Below are positions 1 through 7,438 of a stretch of 17,776 bases of DNA, piece after piece. The stretch is from contig JBLIRP010000076.1 in assembly GCA_049472355.1 (NCBI GenBank), positions 1 through 17,776 of the forward strand. Direction: 5' to 3'. This stretch comes from a bacterium. GTDB lineage: Bacteria; SZUA-182; DTGQ01; JAFGSM01. The translations under genes and the position numbers were made by a program. Within the stretch, counting starts at the first letter, position 1, and the number at the start of each line of letters is the position of its first letter. Below the pieces are notes generated by a model. It did no database searches. It was not told where the DNA came from and worked only from the letters and a program-made list of their open reading frames with translations.

Positions 1-1559
1 TCAAACACCAGCACTTGGCCGGATGAAGGGGAATAGATCGTCGGGGCGGTGATGGCAGGGGGAGTGAAATCGGCGGTCAAGATATACGAGCAGGTGTTGC
101 TCACCGGGTCCGGGTTGATGACGATGAGGTACGCGCGCTGATAGGCGCCTAGCCCGCCGAACCCGTTGAGGGTATGCTCAAACCCGATACGGGGCCATAC
201 CTGGAGGGTGTTCGAGTCGGCATATACATCCCCTGTTGCATTCATATCCGCGACAAAGAGGGTGACCGGGGTGGTGGTGCCCTGAGGGGTCAGGCCGATG
301 CGAAGCTCCTCCTCATGATCATCGGCCTCGAGCATTATGTAGTGGGCAGCCAGGTGGGAGACGGTCAGGATGCCTGATGAATACCCGTCCTGGATATCTG
401 ATGCGCTCACCCTGGTCGGAATCACGTCCGGAAAATAATCCGCGGTTGGATGACGAAGAAGGTAGTTTACCCCCTCCTCGTAGTCCAGGGTGAGATTCTT
501 GAGCGAGAATTGGCTCATGGCCTCGCCCCAGCCCGAGCCGCGGTCGGTCAATATATATTGGATGGCCGTCTTCGCGGTGGAGGCATCGATAAAGAAACGT
601 TCGAAGATGTGACGAATGATGTCATCCCCGTAGGACTCTGAAAGGAACTGTGCCCATAGCACCCCGCCGTACATATAGTCTTCGTTATCCAGGGGCAGGT
701 AAAGGCGATCGAGCCGGTCGGGCAGATAGCGCAGGTAGTCGTCCACCTGGTCATATATTACGTCCTCCATCCATACGGCGGTGTTTTCCTCCCACCACGG
801 ATTTGACTCTTGAAATTCAGTATACGTGTACTGAATCGCGTGAAAGAATTCGTGGGCAGCGGTAACCTTCATGCTCCCCTCCTGTGAGATAAGGGTGCTG
901 AAACCGGAGCCGATAAAGCTGTTGTCCACAACGATATACGTATAGGTATTGGGATAGTAACCATCAGAGGAAGTATACCCGTAGTAACCAAGATCAATCA
1001 CATACACATCATAGAGATCCGTGTCTCCTCCTGCCGAACCGTCCGGCCTCGGGCGGAAGTATTTCATTCCATCCACCTCTGTGGACCAGGAATACTCGAA
1101 GTAGGAGGCAAGGTCGGTGATGAATGCGGGTATGGTATCAGGGTTCCCGTCGGACCCATAGACCGCATGAGTGCCGGACTCCGTGTAGTGGATCCTGAAA
1201 TGTCCCTCCGGAATGTCGTAGGCCAATTCAGGAGCGCCCCCGTAGGTCGGCCTATACCGGATGAACTGATTCTCGGGCCACAGAAGCTCCTTGTGGCGCA
1301 GCGCATAGCGGATGATGGGGGTGGCGCACTTGAGCACAGGGGCTTCGGCGCCCCGTTCCCGCGCATACGGCCCCTTTTTGAATATCTCCTGGATGCGGAG
1401 GTTGAGCTCCTCCGCCGACATATCCGAGGATGCGGCAAAAACCGGGGAATGCATGAGGAGAAGCAGGCCGAGAAGGAGGCATATCGCAAGGCACGGAAGC
1501 AGGGAAAGCCTGCATTCCCTCAAGGAGTTTGAGATCACCTCGTCATGCTTTGCCATCAT
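1..1559 (-). CDS. Secreted zinc metalloprotease (HExxH, gluzincin-like; resembles the MXAN_6640 putative metalloprotease family); 3' end runs off the window
   Basis: Not in the ORF track, consistent with there being no stop inside the window. Manual translation from ATG ATG at 1559/1556 (GGAGG just upstream) gives MMAKHDEVISNSLRECRLSLLPCLAICLLLGLLLLMHSPVFA (signal-peptide-like), then HFRIHYT...DVYVIDLGYYGYT...YIVVDN...KVTAAHEFFHAIQY (HEFFH at 854-840)...PWWEENTAVWMED...YGGVLWAQFLSE. The same frame reads open at the window edge. Confidence 0.85.
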   Translation of the reverse strand, partial: MMAKHDEVISNSLRECRLSLLPCLAICLLLGLLLLMHSPVFAASSDMSAEELNLRIQEIFKKGPYARERGAEAPVLKCATPIIRYALRHKELLWPENQFIRYRPTYGGAPELAYDIPEGHFRIHYTESGTHAVYGSDGNPDTIPAFITDLASYFEYSWSTEVDGMKYFRPRPDGSAGGDTDLYDVYVIDLGYYGYTSSDGYYPNTYTYIVVDNSFIGSGFSTLISQEGSMKVTAAHEFFHAIQYTYTEFQESNPWWEENTAVWMEDVIYDQVDDYLRYLPDRLDRLYLPLDNEDYMYGGVLWAQFLSESYGDDIIRHIFERFFIDASTAKTAIQYILTDRGSGWGEAMSQFSLKNLTLDYEEGVNYLLRHPTADYFPDVIPTRVSASDIQDGYSSGILTVSHLAAHYIMLEADDHEEELRIGLTPQGTTTPVTLFVADMNATGDVYADSNTLQVWPRIGFEHTLNGFGGLGAYQRAYLIVINPDPVSNTCSYILTADFTPPAITAPTIYSPSSGQVLVF

Positions 1560-1721
1560 CCCTCCATTAGACGGGACGGCCTGTCGTGCCGCACCCCGCC
1601 CCCTGTTTTGTCTGACCGGTCCTGATTTGGCTTATGCATCCTATTCACGATGGACCAGTGGATTAGGTCGAATAATACCGTCATGACTTGCCCCTCCCAT
1701 TTTTATCATTGGAATCCATTG

Positions 1722-1738
1722 TAGCATATGCAATGCCC
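1722..1738 (-). promoter_or_regulatory. Possible sigma54 -24/-12 promoter for the metalloprotease
   Basis: Minus strand reads gGGcattgcatatGCta (GG-N10-GC), about 165 bp upstream of the start codon. Only a partial consensus match. Confidence 0.3.
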
Positions 1739-1952
1739 TTTTTCCCATTTATTTTTAACCGTCATTATAAGAATGCTCGGCGTGTTTCCGCGTAGGGGTC
1801 CCTCTATACCAATAAACGGCTTTTGTCATATTTCGATACGGCTGAAAATGCTCAATGACTGCAACTGCGCTATCGATGAATAGGGATCAGCAGGTGCAGG
1901 CTTTAGTATAAGGATGCTTATTATATAAATAACATCAATATTGTAAGTGCTC

Positions 1953-1971
1953 AATTGCTTGACAGGCAATT
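1953..1971. promoter_or_regulatory. Palindromic operator-like site in the divergent intergenic region
   Basis: AATTGCTTG-A-CAGGCAATT is a 9-1-9 inverted repeat with one mismatch. It contains TTGACA (1959-1964) and lies in an AT-rich stretch. Confidence 0.45.
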
Positions 1972-2525
1972 CACAAGATTTGAAAATATAATAAGTTTTT
2001 TCCATCAACGGGTGTCTATTTTAAAGATGGATTTGCACTCCTTGTGGCACCCCAAAGGGGCATGATGCCGTGTCCGGAGAAATGGATTTGCATGCCTTAT
2101 TGCGCCGTTAAGCCGCTTGAGGGCCTGCCGAGACGCTGCGATTTTCATTGTTGGTTGTATCCGGATTTGCTGTTCACGCTGTTTAACCGGTTTAAGAGGG
2201 TGGGCGAATCACAACATACGTTGAGGGCCTGGAAATGTATAAGAGATTCTTGACAATACTCATATGCCTGATGTCGTTTATTCCCTGCCTGATCCCCACA
2301 AGGATTGGCAATGCCGCCGTCCCCATCATTTCATCCATAGAACCGGATCTTGGAATCAATACCGAGCCCACCACCATAACGATCAGGGGATCCGGCTTTT
2401 TGCCGGCACCCACGGTATCCCTCTATGGAGGAGGGCCGTATATAACTGGTTCCTACGATACTATAATAATAAACGGCGCCTGCGATGGGCATTATTATGC
2501 TCATGGCATCTATATAGCCGGTTTC

Positions 2526-2732
2526 TACGCCTATGTGGCTGATGCGTATTCAGAGCTGCGGGTAATCGACATAATCGATCCCGCACATCCCGCCATTGTG
2601 GGCTTGTGCGATACGTCGGGTGTGCCCTACGGTGTCCATGTAGTCGGCTCGTACGCCTATGTGGCTGCTGGAGGTTCAGGGGTGCAGGTGATCGACATCA
2701 CCGATCCTGAGCACCCTACCATCGTGGGCCTT
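2526..2732 (+). repeat. Intragenic tandem LVIVD-like repeats with a 126-nt (42-aa) period
   Basis: tacgcctatgtggctg starts at both 2526 and 2652, each followed by atcgacat...gatcc...cat.gtgggc. Confidence 0.8.
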
Positions 2733-2940
2733 CTGGTTTTGGACCAATGGAACCCTCTTCTGAACATCACCTATATCGATTCGAGCACCATTACCGCCAC
2801 GGTGCCCGAAGGCTACAAACCGGGCGTGTATAATCTGCATCTCACCAACCAGGATGGAGAGCATATCATGCTCCGCAATTCATTCCAGGTGTAACAAGCC
2901 TACCATAAGGATCATGACCAGGACTCATATGGGGTCGGGA

Positions 2941-3437
2941 ATGATTACACATATTTTGATGATCCGGAAGGGGAGTATACGGCGATCCGGGCCGGGGACT
3001 GCAATGACGATGATGCCGCCACTAATCCCGGCGCCGTCGAGGTCTACGATGGGATCGACAACGACTGTGATGGAAATGTTGATGAAGGGTTTGATCTGGA
3101 TGCCGACGGCTACACCATTTGCGCCGGGGATTGCGATGATAACGATGACACCGTATATCCGGGGGCGCCCGGAACCCACAGGGGCAAGGACAATAACTGT
3201 AACGGCATCATAGACCCGGACGAGAAGGGACGATCCATATATCCGGTGTACATCCCTATGCTTTCATCGGGCTTGCAATATCAACAACTTCGGTCGCTTT
3301 CATTCCTTCCGGTATATATGGATCAACAAAGGCGGAGTTGGTACGAGTATCAATACACCTTTTTTCAACAGCAATGGATAAAGACCATACCCGTCAGACA
3401 TCAATCGTGGTTTTCTATTATCCAGCCCTATTGGTAC
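2941..3437 (+). repeat. Diverged direct repeat, copy 1 (MopE-type repeats plus Tyr/Gln/Trp tail)
   Basis: Aligns to 4532..5028 with the same 1591-bp offset at both ends. Long identical blocks include gatgacaccgtatatccgggggcgcccgg and tacatccctatgctttcatcgg. Confidence 0.95.
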
Positions 3438-3560
3438 AATTCTTATTTACCGTGGTATGTTGGAGGGAATTAGGATCTGCTTATTCCCCCGTTTCCACGG
3501 GCCAGGCCGAAATGAAGCCCACCGGCTGCAAAGAGGCAATCTTTTATTTGGTATTAAACA

Positions 3561-3854
3561 TTATGGATGAGGAGTTATTGAAATAATAGTTATTTCTTTT
3601 TTGTTGGGTCCATAATACCAAAACACTCTATAGGCAGCAGGGGTAGCTTGTTCGGCATAAGCAACAAATATTTTTTCACCATTAGGCCCTTTTAAGGATG
3701 TAAATTCATGGGTTTGAAGGCTTTGATGCCTTGGATTATCGGATAAATATCCTATGGTCTTTTTTACAGCAGTATATCTTTTCTTAAGACTATTATCGGA
3801 CTTAAGTGATTTTATTTGGGTTTCCGCTTCGTCTGTATAAAATATCTCAAACAA
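3561..3854 (-). CDS. RelE/ParE-superfamily type II toxin
   Basis: 97-aa basic protein with TTG start: F.I.YT.EA...L..NPRHQSLQTH...YRVFWYY...ITIISITPHP, a RelE-fold pattern. It lies 9 bp downstream of an antitoxin-like gene and is AT-rich. Confidence 0.75.
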   Translation of the reverse strand: MFEIFYTDEAETQIKSLKSDNSLKKRYTAVKKTIGYLSDNPRHQSLQTHEFTSLKGPNGEKIFVAYAEQATPAAYRVFWYYGPNKKEITIISITPHP

Positions 3855-3863
3855 GTAAGAACC

Positions 3864-4145
3864 CTATAGTTGATCAGGATCAAGTTTTTTCGTCCTGCCT
3901 TCGGCAGCTTCCTTTAAGCCCTTTTTAACACTTTCGAGGGACTCTTTATTTTCATAAAGCCAAAGTTCCGAGGCTGGTATTTCGGAAAGTGGCTGTAAAA
4001 GAATTTCACCGCTTTCACTTTCATATAATTTTACCCTTTTAAAACCCTTGACAAGATCACCTAAAGTGATTCGGGTCCTGCTATCAATGGTTTTAATGGC
4101 GATTTCCTTAAATTTTTCATGGACTAACATATAAGCCGCCTCCAT
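3864..4145 (-). CDS. AbrB/SpoVT-like antitoxin
   Basis: 93 aa with IDSRTRITLG...GEILLQP (swapped-hairpin pattern) and a C-terminal WLYEN..SLESVKKGLKEAAEGR helix typical of antitoxins. It precedes the toxin. The true start may be the second Met. Confidence 0.72.
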   Translation of the reverse strand: MEAAYMLVHEKFKEIAIKTIDSRTRITLGDLVKGFKRVKLYESESGEILLQPLSEIPASELWLYENKESLESVKKGLKEAAEGRTKKLDPDQL

Positions 4146-4201
4146 GTATTAAACTAATATAAATACAACAAGTTGCAATTCTCATTTGCCTCTTTATACA
4201 T

Positions 4202-4231
4202 ACTATACCATAAATGACCAAAATGGGTCAA
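4202..4231 (-). promoter_or_regulatory. sigma70-type promoter of the TA operon with an overlapping palindromic operator
   Basis: Minus strand TTGACC-N18-TATAGT with an extended -10 TGn. The inverted repeat TGACC-N6-GGTCA (4215-4230) overlaps the -35. A second inverted repeat, ATGGGAA-N9-TTCCCAT, lies immediately upstream. Confidence 0.6.
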
Positions 4232-4258
4232 TGGGAAAATAACTCATTCCCATCTTAG

Positions 4259-4274
4259 AGCAAATTCCATACCA
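4259..4274 (-). promoter_or_regulatory. sigma54-type -24/-12 element facing the TA operon
   Basis: Minus strand TGGTATGGAATTTGCT fits TGGYAYRNNNNTTGCW. Confidence 0.4.
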
Positions 4275-4440
4275 CTAATTGATTATGTATCTCTTAACCT
4301 TGATACCCGTGCCTGCAAGGCTTTTCCGGATAGTCTATGCTCAAGATGATTCTCACGTGATGCAAGCAGTAGCTACATTACAAGAGACATGGATTCAGTA
4401 ACCGGGGCTTACAGTAGCTTCACTGCTTCCAACTGAAAAA

Positions 4441-5124
4441 ATGTCTTTTAGATCATCATGGCCTACGAGGCAGGACGAAGGATGGTGCCGCCGGGATTCA
4501 AAGACCGGGGTCCGCCGAGAACACGACCCTGATGATTATATATGCTCCGATGATCCGTCGTGGGAGTATACGGCAATCCGGGCCGGGGACTGCAATGACG
4601 ATGATGCCGCCATTAGTCCCGGTGCTGTCGAGGTCTGCGACGGGATCGACAATAACTGCGACGGAACCGTTGACGAAGGATTTGATCTGGATGCCGACGG
4701 CTATACCACCTGCGCCGGGGACTGTGATGATAAGGATGACACCGTATATCCGGGGGCGCCCGGCACCCATAGGGGCAAGGATAATGACTGCAACGGCATC
4801 ATAGACACGAATGAGAAGGGACGATCCATATACCCGTCGTACATCCCTATGCTTTCATCGGACCTGCAATATCAACAACTATGGGGACTTTCATTGTTGC
4901 CAGTATATCTGGATCAACAAAGACACCATTGGTACGAGTATCAATATACCTTTTATCACCAGCAATTGATAAAGACCATACCCATCGGAAACCAATCCTG
5001 GTTTTCCATTACCCAGCCCTATTGGTACTACCCATGTCCACATGTTCCGTATCGACGTCCCAAAAATATTTTTTCACACAGTCCGCAATCATGCGCTGCC
5101 TTGAAAACAGATGTTCATTTTTGA
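4441..5124 (+). pseudogene. Orphan 3' fragment of a paralogous MopE-repeat surface-protein gene
   Basis: Contains GDCNDDDAAISPGAVEVCDGIDNNCDG and GDCDDKDDTVYPGAPG..DNDCNG plus the Tyr/Gln/Trp tail. The first ~30 codons are not homologous to copy 1, and there is no signal peptide or clear RBS. Confidence 0.6.
4532..5028 (+). repeat. Diverged direct repeat, copy 2
   Basis: Homologous to 2941..3437; many of the differences fall at third codon positions. Confidence 0.95.
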
Positions 5125-5421
5125 TGGTGCCTGAAAGGGCATGAGTCTTTGCTTCAGCAAAATGATACAATGTGACTTTTCCCAGATAAGAGTATAGGTA
5201 TAGACAGAATCCGCATCTTTGTCAAAAGAAATGCCCAACCCAAAATCTGTGATAAAATTAAATCAAATCCTTATTTCTAATCGCTCTCATCGTCTGGTCG
5301 GTGTTTTCCTGGCCGATGCTTACACCTGCAGGCAGCGGGTGTGCCGCCGGGAGCAACTCATCGACCCCTCCCGCAAACACCGCCCGCACACGTGTCAACA
5401 GCCCCTATATGCCGGTGATGC

Positions 5422-5451
5422 TTGACATATATGGGGATTGCCTGGTATTGT
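5422..5451 (+). promoter_or_regulatory. sigma70-type promoter for the response regulator
   Basis: TTGACA-N18-TATTGT with an extended -10 TGn. Confidence 0.5.
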
Positions 5452-5528
5452 AGATATACAGCAACAATTGTGCCATTATGAAAACAACGAATGCGGGCAG
5501 CGGATACCTCACGGTTGTCTAAAATCTA

Positions 5529-5960
5529 ATGATACAGGGGATGGGAAGCGTGGAAACGGGCACTTCAGAAAAGGCATCAATCGTGAATAAGAAAAGCATA
5601 CTGATCGTTGACGACGACCCGGAGATATGTGAAACCTTGTCCGATATCCTGGACGAAGAGGGATATCACGTGGTCACTGCCTGTGACGGCCGGGAGGCGT
5701 TGGACAAGATACGGGAAGGTTCCTTTAATCTGGTGATCACCGACATCAAGATGCCTATCATGGACGGTATGGCCCTATTAAAGGAAATCGAGAAGAGCCA
5801 TGACGACATCGAGGTCATCGTCATCACGTCGTATGGCAATGAAGGCCAGCAGGTTGAAGCGACCAGGCTTGGCGCGTATGAATATCTCAATAAGCCGCTC
5901 AATCTCGATCAACTCAAGATCATTATCACCCGGGCGCTCCAGTTCCAGGAAACGGGGTAA
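5529..5960 (+). CDS. Single-domain response regulator (REC, NtrC-like receiver)
   Basis: Has ILIVDDD, the phospho-acceptor ITDIKMPIMDG, ITSYG and YLNKP, with no output domain. The start may be further downstream (GTG 5550 or 5583). Confidence 0.92.
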   Translation: MIQGMGSVETGTSEKASIVNKKSILIVDDDPEICETLSDILDEEGYHVVTACDGREALDKIREGSFNLVITDIKMPIMDGMALLKEIEKSHDDIEVIVITSYGNEGQQVEATRLGAYEYLNKPLNLDQLKIIITRALQFQETG

Positions 5961-5983
5961 CCGGACGCAGGCCTTACGAGGTC

Positions 5984-6256
5984 TTATGTCAGGGCATTCC
6001 TGAAGATCTTTGAGGGTTTGAAGGTCACCACCCTCCGTGCAGATATCTCAGCCTCTTCACCGGTACGAGGATTTCTCCCTACTCGCTTGTTCTTTTCCCT
6101 GATGGAGAATTTTCCAAAGCCCCTTATTTCGATCTGTTCCCCTTTGGCAAGCACATTCTTCATCGTCTCGAATACGTTCTCCACAATCTCCCGCGCCTCT
6201 TTGTTGGTGATATCCAGTTCCTTCCATACGTTCTTAATCAGATCCTCCTTGGTCAT
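5984..6256 (-). CDS. ihfA: Integration host factor subunit / HU-family DNA-binding protein (alpha-like)
   Basis: MTKEDL...IEIRGFGKF...GRNPRTGEE..ISARRVVTFKPS, with a GA-rich SD upstream. Confidence 0.85.
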   Translation of the reverse strand: MTKEDLIKNVWKELDITNKEAREIVENVFETMKNVLAKGEQIEIRGFGKFSIREKNKRVGRNPRTGEEAEISARRVVTFKPSKIFRNALT

Positions 6257-6287
6257 ACCCCTCTCCCTCTCTTAGATTGGCAGTCAA

Positions 6288-6300
6288 TATCAACTCTTTG
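6288..6300 (+). promoter_or_regulatory. IHF consensus binding site in the ihfA leader
   Basis: TATCAACTCTTTG is an exact match to WATCAANNNNTTR. Confidence 0.55.
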
Positions 6301-6313
6301 AAAAATTAGATAT

Positions 6314-6342
6314 ATATTAAACTATCGGACAAAACATGTCAA
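6314..6342 (-). promoter_or_regulatory. sigma70-type promoter for ihfA
   Basis: Minus strand TTGACA-N17-TAATAT. Confidence 0.6.
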
Positions 6343-6498
6343 ATTGTTTGTTGATTTCTTTGACGAATCCTTCTTCCCTTGATAATACAAGGAGTTTGTG
6401 CAATACTGTGATTCACGGGACACCCCTGCGGAGCGTGTGTCCGGTACCATGTGCCGGGATGGTCCCCGGGAACGAGGAAGACCGAGGAACACAGTGAT

Positions 6499-6921
6499 AT
6501 GACGATTAAATCCATTCCTGAGATAGTGTGCTGCTCCCTTGCGGCGTTGATCATCCTCCTGTATCCGACAACGGGGATTGCCGGGGAATCCCCCGGCCAG
6601 GGGATGCCTTCGGACCATCATGTGGCTCGCACCGCACAACCTAGGGGCACGGGTCCCTTTTCCTGGATGATACGCCTGTATCAGCGGCACATCTCCCCCA
6701 TCAACGGCGGGAGGTGCCCGATGTACCCTTCGTGCTCGCGGTTTGCCGTCCAGGCGGTGGAAGAGGAGGGGGCGAAGGGGCTCCTCATGACCTTTGACAG
6801 GCTCCTGCGCTGCGGAAGGGACCTGGAGGGATATCCGCTGATTTTTCACGGCGGGCGCGTGCTTCGCCATGATCCGGTGGGAGCGATACCAGGGTGCACT
6901 ACCCATGAATCTGCCGAATAA
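6499..6921 (+). CDS. yidD: YidD-like membrane protein insertion efficiency factor with an N-terminal hydrophobic extension
   Basis: IRLYQRHISP...CPMYPSCSRFAVQAV...G...TFDRLLRC (three conserved Cys). GAGGA lies upstream of ATG 6499. Confidence 0.8.
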   Translation: MTIKSIPEIVCCSLAALIILLYPTTGIAGESPGQGMPSDHHVARTAQPRGTGPFSWMIRLYQRHISPINGGRCPMYPSCSRFAVQAVEEEGAKGLLMTFDRLLRCGRDLEGYPLIFHGGRVLRHDPVGAIPGCTTHESAE

Positions 6922-7438
6922 GCTCACGATTTCAAGGATTGTGCTCATTCCCGTTTTTGTCATACTGGTGATGGGCGGCCGTCCCGTGCTCGCCCTGCTT
7001 GCATTCGCCCTTGCGTGTCTCACCGATGCCCTCGACGGGATCATTGCCCGGGTGCGAGGGCAGAAATCGAAGCTGGGGGCCTACCTCGATCCCATCGCCG
7101 ATAAGCTCCTCATCAACACCTCGTTCATCACCCTGGCGGTGATGAAACGGATACCGTCCTGGATTGCGATCATCATCATAAGCCGGGACGTGCTCATCGT
7201 TCTGGGTGTCTCTCTCATGACCATCATGGAGGAGCAGGTGGTCATTGCCCCCACCCTCATCAGCAAATCCACCACCACTGCCCAGATGACCACCCTTCTG
7301 GTTGCCCTCGTCGATCTGTGGCGGGGAGGGCTTGCCACGGTGCTTGTGATACTGATCTGGATCTCCGCCCTGCTCACGGTGCTTTCCGGCCTTGACTATC
7401 TCCTCATTGCCGCGAGAACGGTGCACGAACGGGCATGA
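6905..7438 (+). CDS. pgsA: CDP-diacylglycerol--glycerol-3-phosphate 3-phosphatidyltransferase (CDP-alcohol phosphatidyltransferase family)
   Basis: Starts MNLPNKLTISRI and carries the signature TDALDGIIAR...S.LGAYLDPIADK; hydrophobic throughout. Confidence 0.88.
   Translation: MNLPNKLTISRIVLIPVFVILVMGGRPVLALLAFALACLTDALDGIIARVRGQKSKLGAYLDPIADKLLINTSFITLAVMKRIPSWIAIIIISRDVLIVLGVSLMTIMEEQVVIAPTLISKSTTTAQMTTLLVALVDLWRGGLATVLVILIWISALLTVLSGLDYLLIAARTVHERA

Larger units (their letters stand above)
2235..3473 (+). pseudogene. Secreted/surface protein (signal peptide, IPT/TIG-like domain with inserted LVIVD repeats, MopE-type Cys/Asp repeats, Tyr/Gln/Trp-rich tail) interrupted by one in-frame TAA at 2892-2894
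   Basis: The ORF at 2235..2894 has a signal peptide, ITIRGSGF, two YAYVA...VIDI.DP.HP.IVG repeats and ITATVP...GVYNLHLTNQDG. The same frame continues after the TAA as QAYHKDHDQDSYG...GDCNDDDAATNPGAVEVYDGIDNDCDGNVDEG...GDCDDNDDTVYPGAPG...DNNCNG, joins ORF 3246..3473 and ends at TAG 3471-3473. Confidence 0.8.

Noticed and set aside
174..1686. Short ORFs on both strands listed in the track
   Set aside because: They are shadows of the long minus-strand metalloprotease frame.
1959..1992. TTGACA...TATAAT as a sigma70 promoter
   Set aside because: The spacer is 22 nt, which is too long.
2027..2170. Three GGATTTGC copies and small hairpins as a riboswitch or CRISPR-like array
   Set aside because: The repeats are only 8-11 nt and irregularly spaced, with no c-di-GMP or other riboswitch consensus and no cas genes.
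2892..2894. Stop-codon reassignment or Sec/Pyl recoding
   Set aside because: The codon is TAA, not TGA or TAG, and TAA terminates prfB, lysS and lolE normally.
2941..5028. Diversity-generating retroelement template/variable repeat pair
   Set aside because: The differences are not adenine-specific (many are synonymous C/T changes), the repeat is ~500 bp long, and there is no reverse transcriptase in the window.
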